NCBI GenBank assembly: GCA_965140585.1
Contig: OZ223267.1
Span: forward strand, 1-64,000
DNA length: 64,000 nt
From: Spirochaetia bacterium
GTDB lineage: Bacteria; Spirochaetota; Spirochaetia; UBA9216
Reading direction: 5' to 3'
Shown: positions 29,157 through 39,084 of the stretch, one piece after another
Numbering within the stretch: the stretch's first letter is position 1
Layout of the letters: the number at the start of each line of letters is the position of its first letter
The notes under the pieces: generated by a model
What the model was told of the DNA's origin: nothing
Databases searched by the model: none
What the model saw: the letters and a program-made list of their open reading frames with translations, nothing else
Translations under genes and position numbers: made by a program

Positions 29157-30452
29157 GTGATTGACGATAATAGAGATAAGCTCTGGACCAGGGCTTTTGT
29201 AATAATTTGTATAGTATCAGCATTTGTTCGTTTAAGCAGTTTTATGCGCGGGGTATCGCTACCTCTTTTTATCATTGATCTTGGTCATCAGAAAACTCAG
29301 GCTGGGCTCATGACTTCAATTTATGCTATAACAGCACTAGTGTTCCGACCTTTGATGGGGAATCTGATCGATAAAAAAAGCCGCAGGAGTATTCTTCTTT
29401 TTGGCAATGCAGTGTTTGTAGTAACTATACTCAGTTTTGGATTATATAAATTCTTTCCTTCTTCTCTGCACTCTATCTGGGTGCTTTATCTGATACAGGT
29501 AATTAATGGTATCGGCTTTTCTGCAAACTCAGTTGCTTTAAGTACTATTTCAACAGATGTAATACCAAATAGCCGTATGACCGAAGGAATCGGCTACTTC
29601 GGACTGACATCATCAGTTACAATGGCCTTTGCTCCATCGCTCGCTTTATTTACAATAGACAAGACTGGATACAGTAACGGTTTTCTTATTACGTCAGGAA
29701 TAGCATTTATTGCATTGATACTCGGTCTTATGGTTAACTATGAAAAAGTTAATCTACTAAAACCGAAGAATGTTTGCGTAGATACTACTAAAGAAGTTGC
29801 AACCGATACTCTCGTAAACAGTTCTGGATTGCTGGATAAGATAATTGAACGTAACGCTTTCATTCCTGCTCTTATCATGATGCTCACAATGTTCGGCGGT
29901 TCATCTATTAATACCTTTCTACCCACATATGCAAGAGAAAATGCGATTCCGGCTACCGGTGTTGTGTTTATGTTTCAGGCTGCTGGTTCTATTGTCACAA
30001 GACTTTTTATAGGTCGATTAGCAGACAGATGGGGGCAGGCGAGGGTTCTTATAGTTGGTTTTATCAGTGATTTTTTTGGTATGCTGCTGATTTTTTCTAC
30101 CTCAATAATCATCAGCAGTAATATTCCGGGAGCTGTTAATCTGGCTGTTGCTGCCATGCTTATAGCCGGCTTTTTAACTGGTGTATCGAAAGCTTTCATT
30201 ATGACTGTACTTAATACTGAGGCTATAATACGAACTCCTATGCACCGCAGAGGTGCGGCAAATGCTACATTTTACATGTTCATGGATCTTGGTGTCGGGT
30301 TGGGGTCCGTAGTGTGGGGCAGAATTGCTGATATTTTTGGAACAAGCTGGATTTATGCAGGCGCTTCTGTTTTTTCAGTGTCAGGTATGATTGCATCTAC
30401 CAGGCTTAGAAAACGCATGAATGTGCAGAGAGCTGTTGGAAAAGTTGAATGA
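29157..30452 (+). CDS. MFS transporter
   Basis: About 12 TM segments; GNLIDKKSRR and GRLADRWGQ motif A; DLGVGLGSVVWG. Confidence 0.9.
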   Translation: MIDDNRDKLWTRAFVIICIVSAFVRLSSFMRGVSLPLFIIDLGHQKTQAGLMTSIYAITALVFRPLMGNLIDKKSRRSILLFGNAVFVVTILSFGLYKFFPSSLHSIWVLYLIQVINGIGFSANSVALSTISTDVIPNSRMTEGIGYFGLTSSVTMAFAPSLALFTIDKTGYSNGFLITSGIAFIALILGLMVNYEKVNLLKPKNVCVDTTKEVATDTLVNSSGLLDKIIERNAFIPALIMMLTMFGGSSINTFLPTYARENAIPATGVVFMFQAAGSIVTRLFIGRLADRWGQARVLIVGFISDFFGMLLIFSTSIIISSNIPGAVNLAVAAMLIAGFLTGVSKAFIMTVLNTEAIIRTPMHRRGAANATFYMFMDLGVGLGSVVWGRIADIFGTSWIYAGASVFSVSGMIASTRLRKRMNVQRAVGKVE

Positions 30453-30463
30453 AGAGATATTGA

Positions 30464-31212
30464 TCAGACAATAGTCTTTATAAAATAAGCCCAGAAAATA
30501 GATACAGAACTGGATAGAAGAGTTCCTATCAGTACATATATTCGGCAAAATTTTTATCTTCCAGATTCTTATACCGTGTAATGCTTTTTGCTGTTAGTAT
30601 AAAGGCGATTGATGTATAGTTACCGGTTATTACAAAAAAGAAAAAGAGTATTCTTTCCAGTACTCCTATAATCTTTCCGCGTTTGAGCTCTGTTTGGTCT
30701 GTAATCTGAGATCCTTTTGTTATGGGCTCGATTTTAACTAGTTCGAGGATATGCCTTATAGGATTATTCAGTTCGTTAACCAGAGCAACTGCTCCGAAGC
30801 TGTAGATTAAAAAGGCTGATAATTCCAATTGGGAGAGCTTACCTGTAAAGGTAAGGCTTTCAGCAATTTTGGTTGTAACGCTCAGTGTCTTGCTGTTAAA
30901 AAACCCAGCTCCGGGAATAAATACAAATGTAATGAATCCTGCTGCGATGATGAAAATGAACTCAATAAAACGTTTGAGGTAGATAAACCGGGTATCTTTT
31001 TCAATTATTAAAAAAGCAAAATGATAGACTGCAAGAAACGTCATCAAGAGGGGAAAGGAGTTGTGATTCATCACAGGCAGAAGCAGTACTGCTTCAATCA
31101 GCAGAATCAGCAGGTTACGGCCTAGACCGGTTACAGGTTTGTGGTTCCAGTTATAAAAAAGTCTTGGTACAATAATACAGAGATAGAAATAGAATAAAAC
31201 AGTTTTTTCCAT
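30464..31212 (-). pseudogene. DUF3307-like multi-TM protein (satD partner), frameshifted near the 3' end
   Basis: GKIIGVLER..AKSITRY..FAEY then an early stop at 30529. Removing 2 nt from TATAT restores EYVLIGTLLSSSVSIFWAYFIKTIV* with the stop at 30464. Confidence 0.7.
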
Positions 31213-31214
31213 AA

Positions 31215-31838
31215 TTATACTTTTCCTATTTTTGAAATGATAGTTTCGAAATAGTCTGTATAATAATTCAGATTATGTGTTTCAATTAGTTTATACACGG
31301 CTCTTTCAGATATTTTTAGTTCAGACTGTATTTCTTTAATACTTTTTGTCCTTAGAAGTCCCTCAAATGTGTAGAATGTATTCGGCTTCCATTTATCCAT
31401 CATCGAAAAAACAAGAGTATTCATCTTATTTATCAGATCCTGCTCTTCATCTGCCTTTTCTGCAAAAAACTGAATGTTGGTGAAATTCTGCTTTTTCATC
31501 TCAGTTATACCGTCTCTGGAAGAATAAAATGCGGGTCCGTCCATGCCGATGGCTGAACTGCTGTTTATTTTTGTGCTTATGATTCCTGTGCCGACAGCTA
31601 CACGGAGCTTAACCGGATATATAGCCTTCATTATAGTAATAATATCAGAGATAATCGGAGCCTCTGCTCTGCAGACTGCCTGAAATTCGTCTCCTAGCGT
31701 AACTGTATATGGTGATACAAGGTTCTTACTATTTTGATTTAAAGCATCCAATACTGATATCAGCTTATTCTGAAGTTCTCCTCGATTATCTATTTTTTTT
31801 GAGTCTACTATATCTGCAATTACCGCACAGTAAATCAT
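31215..31838 (-). CDS. satD: SatD family protein (nucleotide-cyclase-like fold + C-terminal HTH)
   Basis: YCAVIADIVDSK, TLGDEFQ, LRVAVGTG, MDGPAFY; HTH KSIKEIQSELKISERAVYK. Start taken at ATG 31838. Confidence 0.85.
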   Translation of the reverse strand: MIYCAVIADIVDSKKIDNRGELQNKLISVLDALNQNSKNLVSPYTVTLGDEFQAVCRAEAPIISDIITIMKAIYPVKLRVAVGTGIISTKINSSSAIGMDGPAFYSSRDGITEMKKQNFTNIQFFAEKADEEQDLINKMNTLVFSMMDKWKPNTFYTFEGLLRTKSIKEIQSELKISERAVYKLIETHNLNYYTDYFETIISKIGKV

Positions 31839-31842
31839 GGTT

Positions 31843-31874
31843 ATATTGTACCAATATAATACAATATTTGTCAA
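31843..31874 (-). promoter_or_regulatory. satD promoter with overlapping palindrome (candidate operator)
   Basis: TTGACA-N18-TACAAT with TGn extended -10; ATATTGTA-N9-TACAATAT inverted repeat at 31843-31867. Confidence 0.55.
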
Positions 31875-31990
31875 ATGAACAAAAAAAGTACATATAAAAT
31901 AATTTGTACTGATTTGGTACAATAAAAATTATAAAGTTGAAATGAAATTATGTTTATCGGGGGGTATATTAAAAACTGGAGAAAAACTAA

Positions 31991-34150
31991 ATGAAACAAA
32001 AGCTCATCTTAAAATTAATAGCCGTAATGGCTCTATTTTCGTTTTTATCATGTGATGATGGAATCCTTGAAAAATTGAAAGAAGATGTTGAGATTGCCAC
32101 GGCAAGGCTTCTTGAGCTTACTGTGACAGCCTCTGATCATGGAACTGTTGAGCCTTCCGGAAGCGTATATGTAGCTAAGAGCAGTCCATATGAAATTGCT
32201 GCAATTCCCGATGACGGCTATCGCTTTTCCGGATGGGAAGCCTCAGGCGGAGAGGGTATAACATTCGGGAATGCTGCAGATGCATCCACAACAGTTACAC
32301 TGTCCTCTGGCAATGCATCAGTCTCGGCAAATTTTGAAATCTACAAGATAGGCGATGTTACTTTTTCACCTGAACCGGGAACTTTTTATGAAACAACGAC
32401 CATATATCTGTCAACCGATATATCCGATGCTGATATCTATTACACGCTTGATGAAACAGAGCCTACAGAGACTTCAGGTACATTATACGATTTAGAAAGC
32501 GGGATAACGCTGTCTAATACAGATACCACAACGGTTATCACCGCTGCTGCTTATAAGAGCGGTCTGACCTCAAGCAGTCCTTCTGCCGGTACATATTCAA
32601 TTTACGGAACAGTAAACGCCCCGGTTATAACATCAACCCCGGATTCTTCTGAAGTATCTGATTATTTTACAGTAACAATGTCTTCGGATACTTCAGGTGT
32701 TGACATTTACTACACCATTGATGGTTCGGTTCCCGATAGCGGAAGCACCCTGTATTCAGGTTCATTCGATGTAACCGAAAATACAACAGTCCGAGCTGTC
32801 GCTCAAAAGAATAACTGGCTGGATTCTGCCATAGCTTCTGAAGCATTTATAACGGGATGGGCAAAGGCGTCAGGTACAAGTTCATATACAGAGACTGGTA
32901 TGAGTGCAGTGCAGGGAACAGACGGTTATATCTATGTAACAGCAAAGAGCTCAGTAAATACCAACCGTCGTCTTTATAAATATACCTCTTCTGGCAATAG
33001 AGTCTGGGGGCGTGTACTCGACCAGGCTGTAGTAGATACCGGAAAACCCATTACACTTGCTGCAGACGGCAGAATAGTCAGCTGTGGTTCCTCTCAAGTT
33101 GGAACAGGTTATACGCGTACAGTAAAAACAAATACTACAGGTACTAATGTCTTTGCCTCTCAGGTAACACCTTACAGTGGTGAGAGTGCTGATAAAATGC
33201 GACATGAAAGCGTTGCGCTGATGAATGATGGAAAGTTTGTTTTTTCAGGGTCCTATTACGGTGATATGGCCGGTTACTCTTTCATACTCCTTTCTGTATC
33301 GGATTCATCCGGAAATATGTCTTACGGAAAATATTTCGGAGGCTCGGACATCGTTCGAACCCCGGGGCTGGATGTTTATCCCTCATCCGGTACAACTACC
33401 GGATTTATCATGTCAGGATATTACCAGGGGACAGGAGGAATAGATGGGTTTTTTATAATTACCGGAATAGATGGAAGCATAATTTCCCAAAAAAAATATT
33501 ATTCTTCTCAGGGTACAAATAAAGATGACAAATTTTATAGTGCAAGGTCAGTTGGTTCATCAGGGTTTATAATTGCCGGTGAATCCAATGGTGTTAATCT
33601 GTATGGAACAAATCTTGATGCTGTACTAATCAGTCTTGACAGTTCAGGAAATCAAAAATGGCTCAAATGCCTTGGAAACGTCAGCTATGATGACGGTTTT
33701 TATGATGCTGTACCTACTTCTGATGGAGGTTATCTTGCTGCCGGGTACACTGAAGCTGCAGGTGCAGGCGGGAAGGATATCTGGATAGTCAAATTCACTT
33801 CATCCGGGACAGTCAGCTGGCAGAGAGTTTACGGCGGAACAAGTGATGATTTTGCGAATGATATCCTCCTCCTTAACGACGGTTCTTATCTGATAACCGG
33901 AACAACTGCATCATTTGGAACCGGAACAAATATCTGGCTTCTTAAAATTGATGAAGCCGGTAATATGTTTGTTAATACATCGGAGCTTGTGTTAGCTCAA
34001 TCTGCTTCAATACCGTATTCCGGATTTACTCTATCGAGTACTAATTTAACATGGTCTGATTCACAGAATATTGCACCTAATTCTTCAGCCTGTGCCGACT
34101 ACTCATCATCAGCAGAAACGCCCACAGTATGGGAACAGTTCCCTCAGTAA
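31991..34150 (+). CDS. Surface lipoprotein: InlB-B-like repeat, two chitobiase/FN3-associated domains, beta-propeller
   Basis: Lipobox FLSC; PDDGYRFSGW; IYYTLDETEP and IYYTIDGSVP; repeats such as WQRVYGGTSDD and DIWIVKFTSSG. Confidence 0.8.
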   Translation: MKQKLILKLIAVMALFSFLSCDDGILEKLKEDVEIATARLLELTVTASDHGTVEPSGSVYVAKSSPYEIAAIPDDGYRFSGWEASGGEGITFGNAADASTTVTLSSGNASVSANFEIYKIGDVTFSPEPGTFYETTTIYLSTDISDADIYYTLDETEPTETSGTLYDLESGITLSNTDTTTVITAAAYKSGLTSSSPSAGTYSIYGTVNAPVITSTPDSSEVSDYFTVTMSSDTSGVDIYYTIDGSVPDSGSTLYSGSFDVTENTTVRAVAQKNNWLDSAIASEAFITGWAKASGTSSYTETGMSAVQGTDGYIYVTAKSSVNTNRRLYKYTSSGNRVWGRVLDQAVVDTGKPITLAADGRIVSCGSSQVGTGYTRTVKTNTTGTNVFASQVTPYSGESADKMRHESVALMNDGKFVFSGSYYGDMAGYSFILLSVSDSSGNMSYGKYFGGSDIVRTPGLDVYPSSGTTTGFIMSGYYQGTGGIDGFFIITGIDGSIISQKKYYSSQGTNKDDKFYSARSVGSSGFIIAGESNGVNLYGTNLDAVLISLDSSGNQKWLKCLGNVSYDDGFYDAVPTSDGGYLAAGYTEAAGAGGKDIWIVKFTSSGTVSWQRVYGGTSDDFANDILLLNDGSYLITGTTASFGTGTNIWLLKIDEAGNMFVNTSELVLAQSASIPYSGFTLSSTNLTWSDSQNIAPNSSACADYSSSAETPTVWEQFPQ

Positions 34151-34165
34151 GTAAAGGAAAAAGTA

Positions 34166-36196
34166 ATGAAAAATAAGTGTATATCAATATTGATAATTTT
34201 TATTTCAGGTTTTTCTGCATTTTCAGATAACTTGGAATTTAAGGCAGCTCCTTATGTATCTCTGCCGGTCGCTGAAAGTGCAGATTATTATAATGTAGGC
34301 TATGGTGCAAATCTGGATCTTTTCTGGAGTCCCTTTGAAAACGGAATTTTCGGAGTTTCCGGAGGACTTGGATATTCTGCGCTCCCGACACAGGCCGAAA
34401 CTCTTTTATCTGCTTTCAGGCTGCAGTTAGGCGGCGGTGTTCGATGGCAGTTTCTTCCCCGCCTTACTCTCGGTGCAGATTTACAGGCCGGGTTATATTA
34501 TGGAATTTATGAAACCCTTGATGCTCTGAATACAGCTGCAAGGGGAGCAATACAGCTGGATTTTACTGTTACAGATGCATTCAGCTTCGGCGCCGGCGTC
34601 GATTATTCAAGATTTTTTACATCTGAAACCTCACTATATGATGGTGTCGGTGTTAGTATAATGGGAACTGTAAAGCCCTCCGGAGTAGGAGCTTCCCCAA
34701 AGATAGATTTAAAATATATTGAGAGCCAGCCTGTATTTCCGGTGTTCTATAAATGGTATGATACTAACACATTCGGTAACGGGACTTTAAAAAACTCCAG
34801 TACCTCAACTTTGAAGAATATCAATGTACAGGTTTTTATTAATGAATTTATGGATACACCCAAAGACTGTATAAGTATAGCTCAGGTGAAACCCGGTGAT
34901 ACAGTTGATTTTCCAGTCTATGCTCTTTTTAAAGACAGTATTCTTACCGTGACCGAAAAAACTAAGGTTGCTGGTGAAATTGTTATTGAGTATGAAGCAC
35001 TTGGGAACACTTACAGAACAAAAAAGAATTTCACTCTGGATGTCTATGACCGGAATGCAATTACCTGGTCTGATGATCGACGTGCGGCTTCCTTTGTGAC
35101 TGCAAAGGATCCGGCAGTGTTGCAGTTTGCCAAGGAAATTGCCGGAGGGGCAAGGGATTATCATCTAAAAGCAGGAGATAAAAACTTCCGTTCTGCAATG
35201 GCTTTATTTCTTGCTATGCAGGAATTTGGAATGAAGTATATTGTTGACCCGGTTTCTTCATATGAATCCATTTCAGGTGATGATTCCGCAGTAGATTATT
35301 TGCAGTTTCCAAGACAAACACTTCAGTATAGATCCGGAGACTGTGATGATCTGACAATACTTTACTGTGCGCTTCTTGAATCTGTCGGAATCAAGACCGC
35401 ATTTATCACTGTTCCTGGGCATATATATCCGGCTTTTGCGTTATCCATTTCTTCGGATGAAGCTGGAAAGACATTCAGAAATGAGCAGGAGAATTTAATT
35501 TTTGATAACGAACAGGTGTGGGTCCCTGTTGAAATTACAATGCTTAATTCCGGTTTTGTCGATGCCTGGCAGAAAGGAGCCGGGGAATGGATGGAGAATA
35601 CCGAGAATGCTTCAATCTATTCAGTACATGATGCATGGAAGACTTATGAAAGTGTAGGTATCCGTGAGGAGCTTAAGGAAATCAAGGTGCCGTTATGGAA
35701 TGAAGTAAAAGTATCGTATGCCAGGGAGATAGATAGATATATTACATCAGAGCTTGATCCCCAGATTAAGCAGATAGAATCCAGAATGGCATCTATAGGT
35801 TCTTCACCAAGACTGGAAAACAGGATCGGAACCCTTTACGCTAGATATGGAAAGCTTGATGAAGCAGGAAGAATATTTAAAAAAATTATTGAAAAGGATA
35901 ATTTTCTGCCGTCTTACAATAATCTTGCCAATGTTTATTACCTTCAGGAGGATTATTCTTCGGCTCTCTTTTATTTTAACAAAGCTGAGAGCATTTCACC
36001 CGATCAGAGATATATAATTGCCGGTAGAATAAAAGCACTGAAAGCCTTAAATCGGTTCACTGAAGCTGACGAACAGTACAACAGGCTTATAGCTCTTTAT
36101 CCTGAATACGAAAAGGAATATTCCATTTTATCGGGGAATTCTACAAATACCGACAGAGCAGGTGAAACTGAACTGCCGGTGGAATGGGATGATTAA
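34166..36196 (+). CDS. Exported protein: beta-barrel-like N-terminus + Ig-like + transglutaminase-like core + TPR (paralogue 1)
   Basis: Signal peptide; amphipathic strands; SGDCDDLTILYCALLESVGI..VPGHIY..WVPVE; TPR NNLANVYYLQEDYSSA. Confidence 0.8.
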   Translation: MKNKCISILIIFISGFSAFSDNLEFKAAPYVSLPVAESADYYNVGYGANLDLFWSPFENGIFGVSGGLGYSALPTQAETLLSAFRLQLGGGVRWQFLPRLTLGADLQAGLYYGIYETLDALNTAARGAIQLDFTVTDAFSFGAGVDYSRFFTSETSLYDGVGVSIMGTVKPSGVGASPKIDLKYIESQPVFPVFYKWYDTNTFGNGTLKNSSTSTLKNINVQVFINEFMDTPKDCISIAQVKPGDTVDFPVYALFKDSILTVTEKTKVAGEIVIEYEALGNTYRTKKNFTLDVYDRNAITWSDDRRAASFVTAKDPAVLQFAKEIAGGARDYHLKAGDKNFRSAMALFLAMQEFGMKYIVDPVSSYESISGDDSAVDYLQFPRQTLQYRSGDCDDLTILYCALLESVGIKTAFITVPGHIYPAFALSISSDEAGKTFRNEQENLIFDNEQVWVPVEITMLNSGFVDAWQKGAGEWMENTENASIYSVHDAWKTYESVGIREELKEIKVPLWNEVKVSYAREIDRYITSELDPQIKQIESRMASIGSSPRLENRIGTLYARYGKLDEAGRIFKKIIEKDNFLPSYNNLANVYYLQEDYSSALFYFNKAESISPDQRYIIAGRIKALKALNRFTEADEQYNRLIALYPEYEKEYSILSGNSTNTDRAGETELPVEWDD

Positions 36197-36198
36197 AA

Positions 36199-37407
36199 TT
36201 ATTCCGGAAGTGCAGCTTTCTCTGACACCCTGTTTCTGAGGAGCAGGGTCGTCAGAAAAGTTATAGATAGTAGTATCGTAAAGAATACAAGAATATAATC
36301 AAGTGAAAGATTAATTGAAATAAAGCTGCCAAGTACGGGTGATATAAACCATGCAGTCGAGCCTACCATGGTCTGAATTCCGAATAGAAATCCACGGTTC
36401 GCAGATGGAACCTTCTCGCTTGTGAGTGACATTACAAGAGGCTCAATGCCTCCTATGAAAAAATAAGTCAGCATCAGAGATATAAATAGACCTGATACAC
36501 CGCCCAAAACATTAGAGGAAAGTGAAACAACCGCACCGATACCGGAAAGAATATACAGCAGTTTTGAGCGGTCCATTGAATCTCCGAGTCTCGCAAGAGT
36601 GAGTCCGGAAAGAGCGGACACCAGCCCGATTCCTCCCGACAGCAGACCGGTTATGCTTGCACTTCCTTCGATGGTGCCACGGAGTTCCTGAATATACAGA
36701 GGCAGGAAGGGGGTAGGGAGTGTACGCGACATTCTCATAAAAAACAGGATGATAAACAATGCAATTATACTGGGTGTAATTAGTTTCAGTTTACGGTTTG
36801 CGGGGGCTTCCTGAGTTCTGTTTTTTCCTTCTATGTCCTGCTCAGGTTCCTTGATAATTAGGATTACAAGAAAGAATCCGGTAATTAGAATTGCCGAACC
36901 TATAAAAAAGCTCATTCTGTATCCGAAATATTCTGCAATAATTCCGCCTATTGCAGGTCCCAGGGAATATCCGATAAAGGTTGATAATGATAGAAATCCA
37001 AGCGCATAGGATAGTTTTTTTACCGGAGTCCCTGTTGCCACGAGGGCAGAGCTTGAGGTTACGGTTCCTGTAATGGCTCCCTGAAGTATTCTGAAGATGA
37101 AAACAGCATAGATGCTTCTTGAAAGACCGAGCCCGGCAAGCACAATTGCCGCACCCATCATTGCTCTTGCAAGCATAAGTTTTTTTCCGAATTTATCTGC
37201 AAGGTATCCCCATACGGGAGCCATAACAGCAAGAGCTACACCAGGCATCGCAGTCAGGAGTCCTGTCCAGAATTTCAGTGCAACCGGATCTGTTATACCC
37301 ATCTCTTGAATATAGAACGGAATAAAAGGCAGACCGAACCCGAATCCTATAAGTGAAAATAACTGAGTAAACCAAACTGCATAGAGATTTCTGCGCCATA
37401 ACTGCAT
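36199..37407 (-). CDS. MFS transporter (MdtG/DHA1-like)
   Basis: WRRNLYAVW, PFIPFYIQEMG, WGYLADKFGKKLML, RILQG, GPAIGG. Confidence 0.9.
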   Translation of the reverse strand: MQLWRRNLYAVWFTQLFSLIGFGFGLPFIPFYIQEMGITDPVALKFWTGLLTAMPGVALAVMAPVWGYLADKFGKKLMLARAMMGAAIVLAGLGLSRSIYAVFIFRILQGAITGTVTSSSALVATGTPVKKLSYALGFLSLSTFIGYSLGPAIGGIIAEYFGYRMSFFIGSAILITGFFLVILIIKEPEQDIEGKNRTQEAPANRKLKLITPSIIALFIILFFMRMSRTLPTPFLPLYIQELRGTIEGSASITGLLSGGIGLVSALSGLTLARLGDSMDRSKLLYILSGIGAVVSLSSNVLGGVSGLFISLMLTYFFIGGIEPLVMSLTSEKVPSANRGFLFGIQTMVGSTAWFISPVLGSFISINLSLDYILVFFTILLSITFLTTLLLRNRVSEKAALPE

Positions 37408-37456
37408 GAGACTATTTTACTTGAAAAGATGTGTTTGGTAAACGAGGCCTAAAATT

Positions 37457-38389
37457 TCATTTGATATGTTTAAACTTAACCACAGCAAACTTACCCATTT
37501 TTATGAGTTTTGTTACCTCAGCATTTGCAAAACAGTTCTTAGTTACATCATTACTCAGGTAGATTCTTATATCTTCCTCCGCGTGAAGTTCATGTTCCTT
37601 TGTGTTTAGGAGTACTGCTGCATCCTGCGTTAGAAGGAGTATTTCTGATTCCTGATGGTCTTGAAAATCTTCATCTTCACTTTGAATAAATACCTTAAAC
37701 CGTACTTTTTTCTTTACCGGTTCAGATTCCATCTCATGGTTTACTTCAATCAAATTTTCTTTAACTTTGTTAACCTTTAACTGATAGAAAGCTATTCCTG
37801 AGTAAGAGCATGTAAAAAGTTCAATATTATCCTCCGATGAAACCTGATTCAGAGTTTCATCAGTTTTAATCAGCATATTCGCATCTGAAACTGAATAGAT
37901 ATCGGCATCAGCTGTTTCTCCGGAATTTAATGAGAGTTTAACTGCTGAATTGGCCTGAAGAGATCTAGTTGTATGATCCGGTATCTGATCTGTATTGTGG
38001 CTGAATCCCAGTTTTGCAGAAAGTGAATCAAGCAAATCAGTTCTGATTGTAGAGACAGCAGAGAGGTGTTCGGCTGCATGTCTGAATGTTCCGCGATTGG
38101 TAAGCAGAAGATACTTCTTATCGGAATCTTTCAGGTATACGGATAATTCATCAATTAAATCAAGTTCATTTATAGTAAGGTTTAGTTTTCGAATCAGCTT
38201 CTCGTAACGGTTTCTAACTGTAATTCTTGTCTTCCGTCTCTGAGTTCCCTTCAGTATCAACGCCAGAATACTGAATATTACTATGATAGATACAATAATT
38301 GTCAGAAATGTAAATTCTTCTGTTCTGGTAGTCGCGTTTAGTGCTTTTCTTATTGCATCAAGAACTGTTTGTGTTGTTTCATTATTCAT
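37457..38389 (-). CDS. Membrane-anchored hypothetical protein, possibly a degenerate PilZN/PilZ-like protein
   Basis: One N-terminal TM followed by two beta-rich domains; no RxxxR or DxSxxG motif. Confidence 0.5.
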   Translation of the reverse strand: MNNETTQTVLDAIRKALNATTRTEEFTFLTIIVSIIVIFSILALILKGTQRRKTRITVRNRYEKLIRKLNLTINELDLIDELSVYLKDSDKKYLLLTNRGTFRHAAEHLSAVSTIRTDLLDSLSAKLGFSHNTDQIPDHTTRSLQANSAVKLSLNSGETADADIYSVSDANMLIKTDETLNQVSSEDNIELFTCSYSGIAFYQLKVNKVKENLIEVNHEMESEPVKKKVRFKVFIQSEDEDFQDHQESEILLLTQDAAVLLNTKEHELHAEEDIRIYLSNDVTKNCFANAEVTKLIKMGKFAVVKFKHIK

Positions 38390-38448
38390 GCTTATTATTT
38401 TTAATCTTAGTTACGGATATGTCAATCATAATAAGTCTTGTACGGCTC

Positions 38449-39084
38449 TTAAAAAGGAACTGGAGTGCTGAACTCCATTCTATCACCTGTGACCGGGTGA
38501 TTAAATGCAATCTCTGAAGCGTGAAGCAGCAGCCGTTCTCCCGGTTTACGGCTGCCGTAAAGCCGATCTCCGCAGATGGGATGTCCAAGACCTAGCGGGT
38601 GGGCTGAATGAACCCTGAGCTGATGAGTTCTTCCGGTAAGCGGTGTAAACTCAATTCTTGTTTTTGAATCTTCTATAGACAATTTTTTCCAAAGTGTGAT
38701 GCCTTTTCTTCCATTTACAGGATCATGAACCTGGTATGGACGGTTATCAGGATCAAGCCTGAAGTAGAGTTCGATCCGGCCTTCATCACCTTCAGTGAGG
38801 CCATCAAGAACTGCGATGTATTTTTTAGATACAGTTCTCTGCTGAAACTGTATTGAGAGAGCGCGGAGAGCTTCTGCGGTTTTTGCATAAACCATTACCC
38901 CGCTTGTATCCATATCAAGCCTGTGTGCCGCCGGGTTATCAACTATACCCGGAAACTTCTCTTTGAGTATGCTCACAACGCAGTACTGCTTGTCCTCGCC
39001 CCTGCCGGGAACCGACAACAGTCCCTCCGGTTTATTGATAACTATAATACTCTCATCATCATAAATAATAAAATCATCTCTCAT
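38449..39084 (-). CDS. RluA-family pseudouridine synthase (catalytic domain only)
   Basis: INKPEGLLSVPG, HRLDMDTSGV, TGRTHQLRVH, GDRLYG, LLLHA. ATG 39084 overlaps the upstream TGA (ATGA). Confidence 0.92.
   Translation of the reverse strand: MRDDFIIYDDESIIVINKPEGLLSVPGRGEDKQYCVVSILKEKFPGIVDNPAAHRLDMDTSGVMVYAKTAEALRALSIQFQQRTVSKKYIAVLDGLTEGDEGRIELYFRLDPDNRPYQVHDPVNGRKGITLWKKLSIEDSKTRIEFTPLTGRTHQLRVHSAHPLGLGHPICGDRLYGSRKPGERLLLHASEIAFNHPVTGDRMEFSTPVPF

Noticed and set aside
31954-31961. Minus-strand CCCGATAA as another sigma28 site
   Set aside because: No TNAA -35 at the expected spacing.
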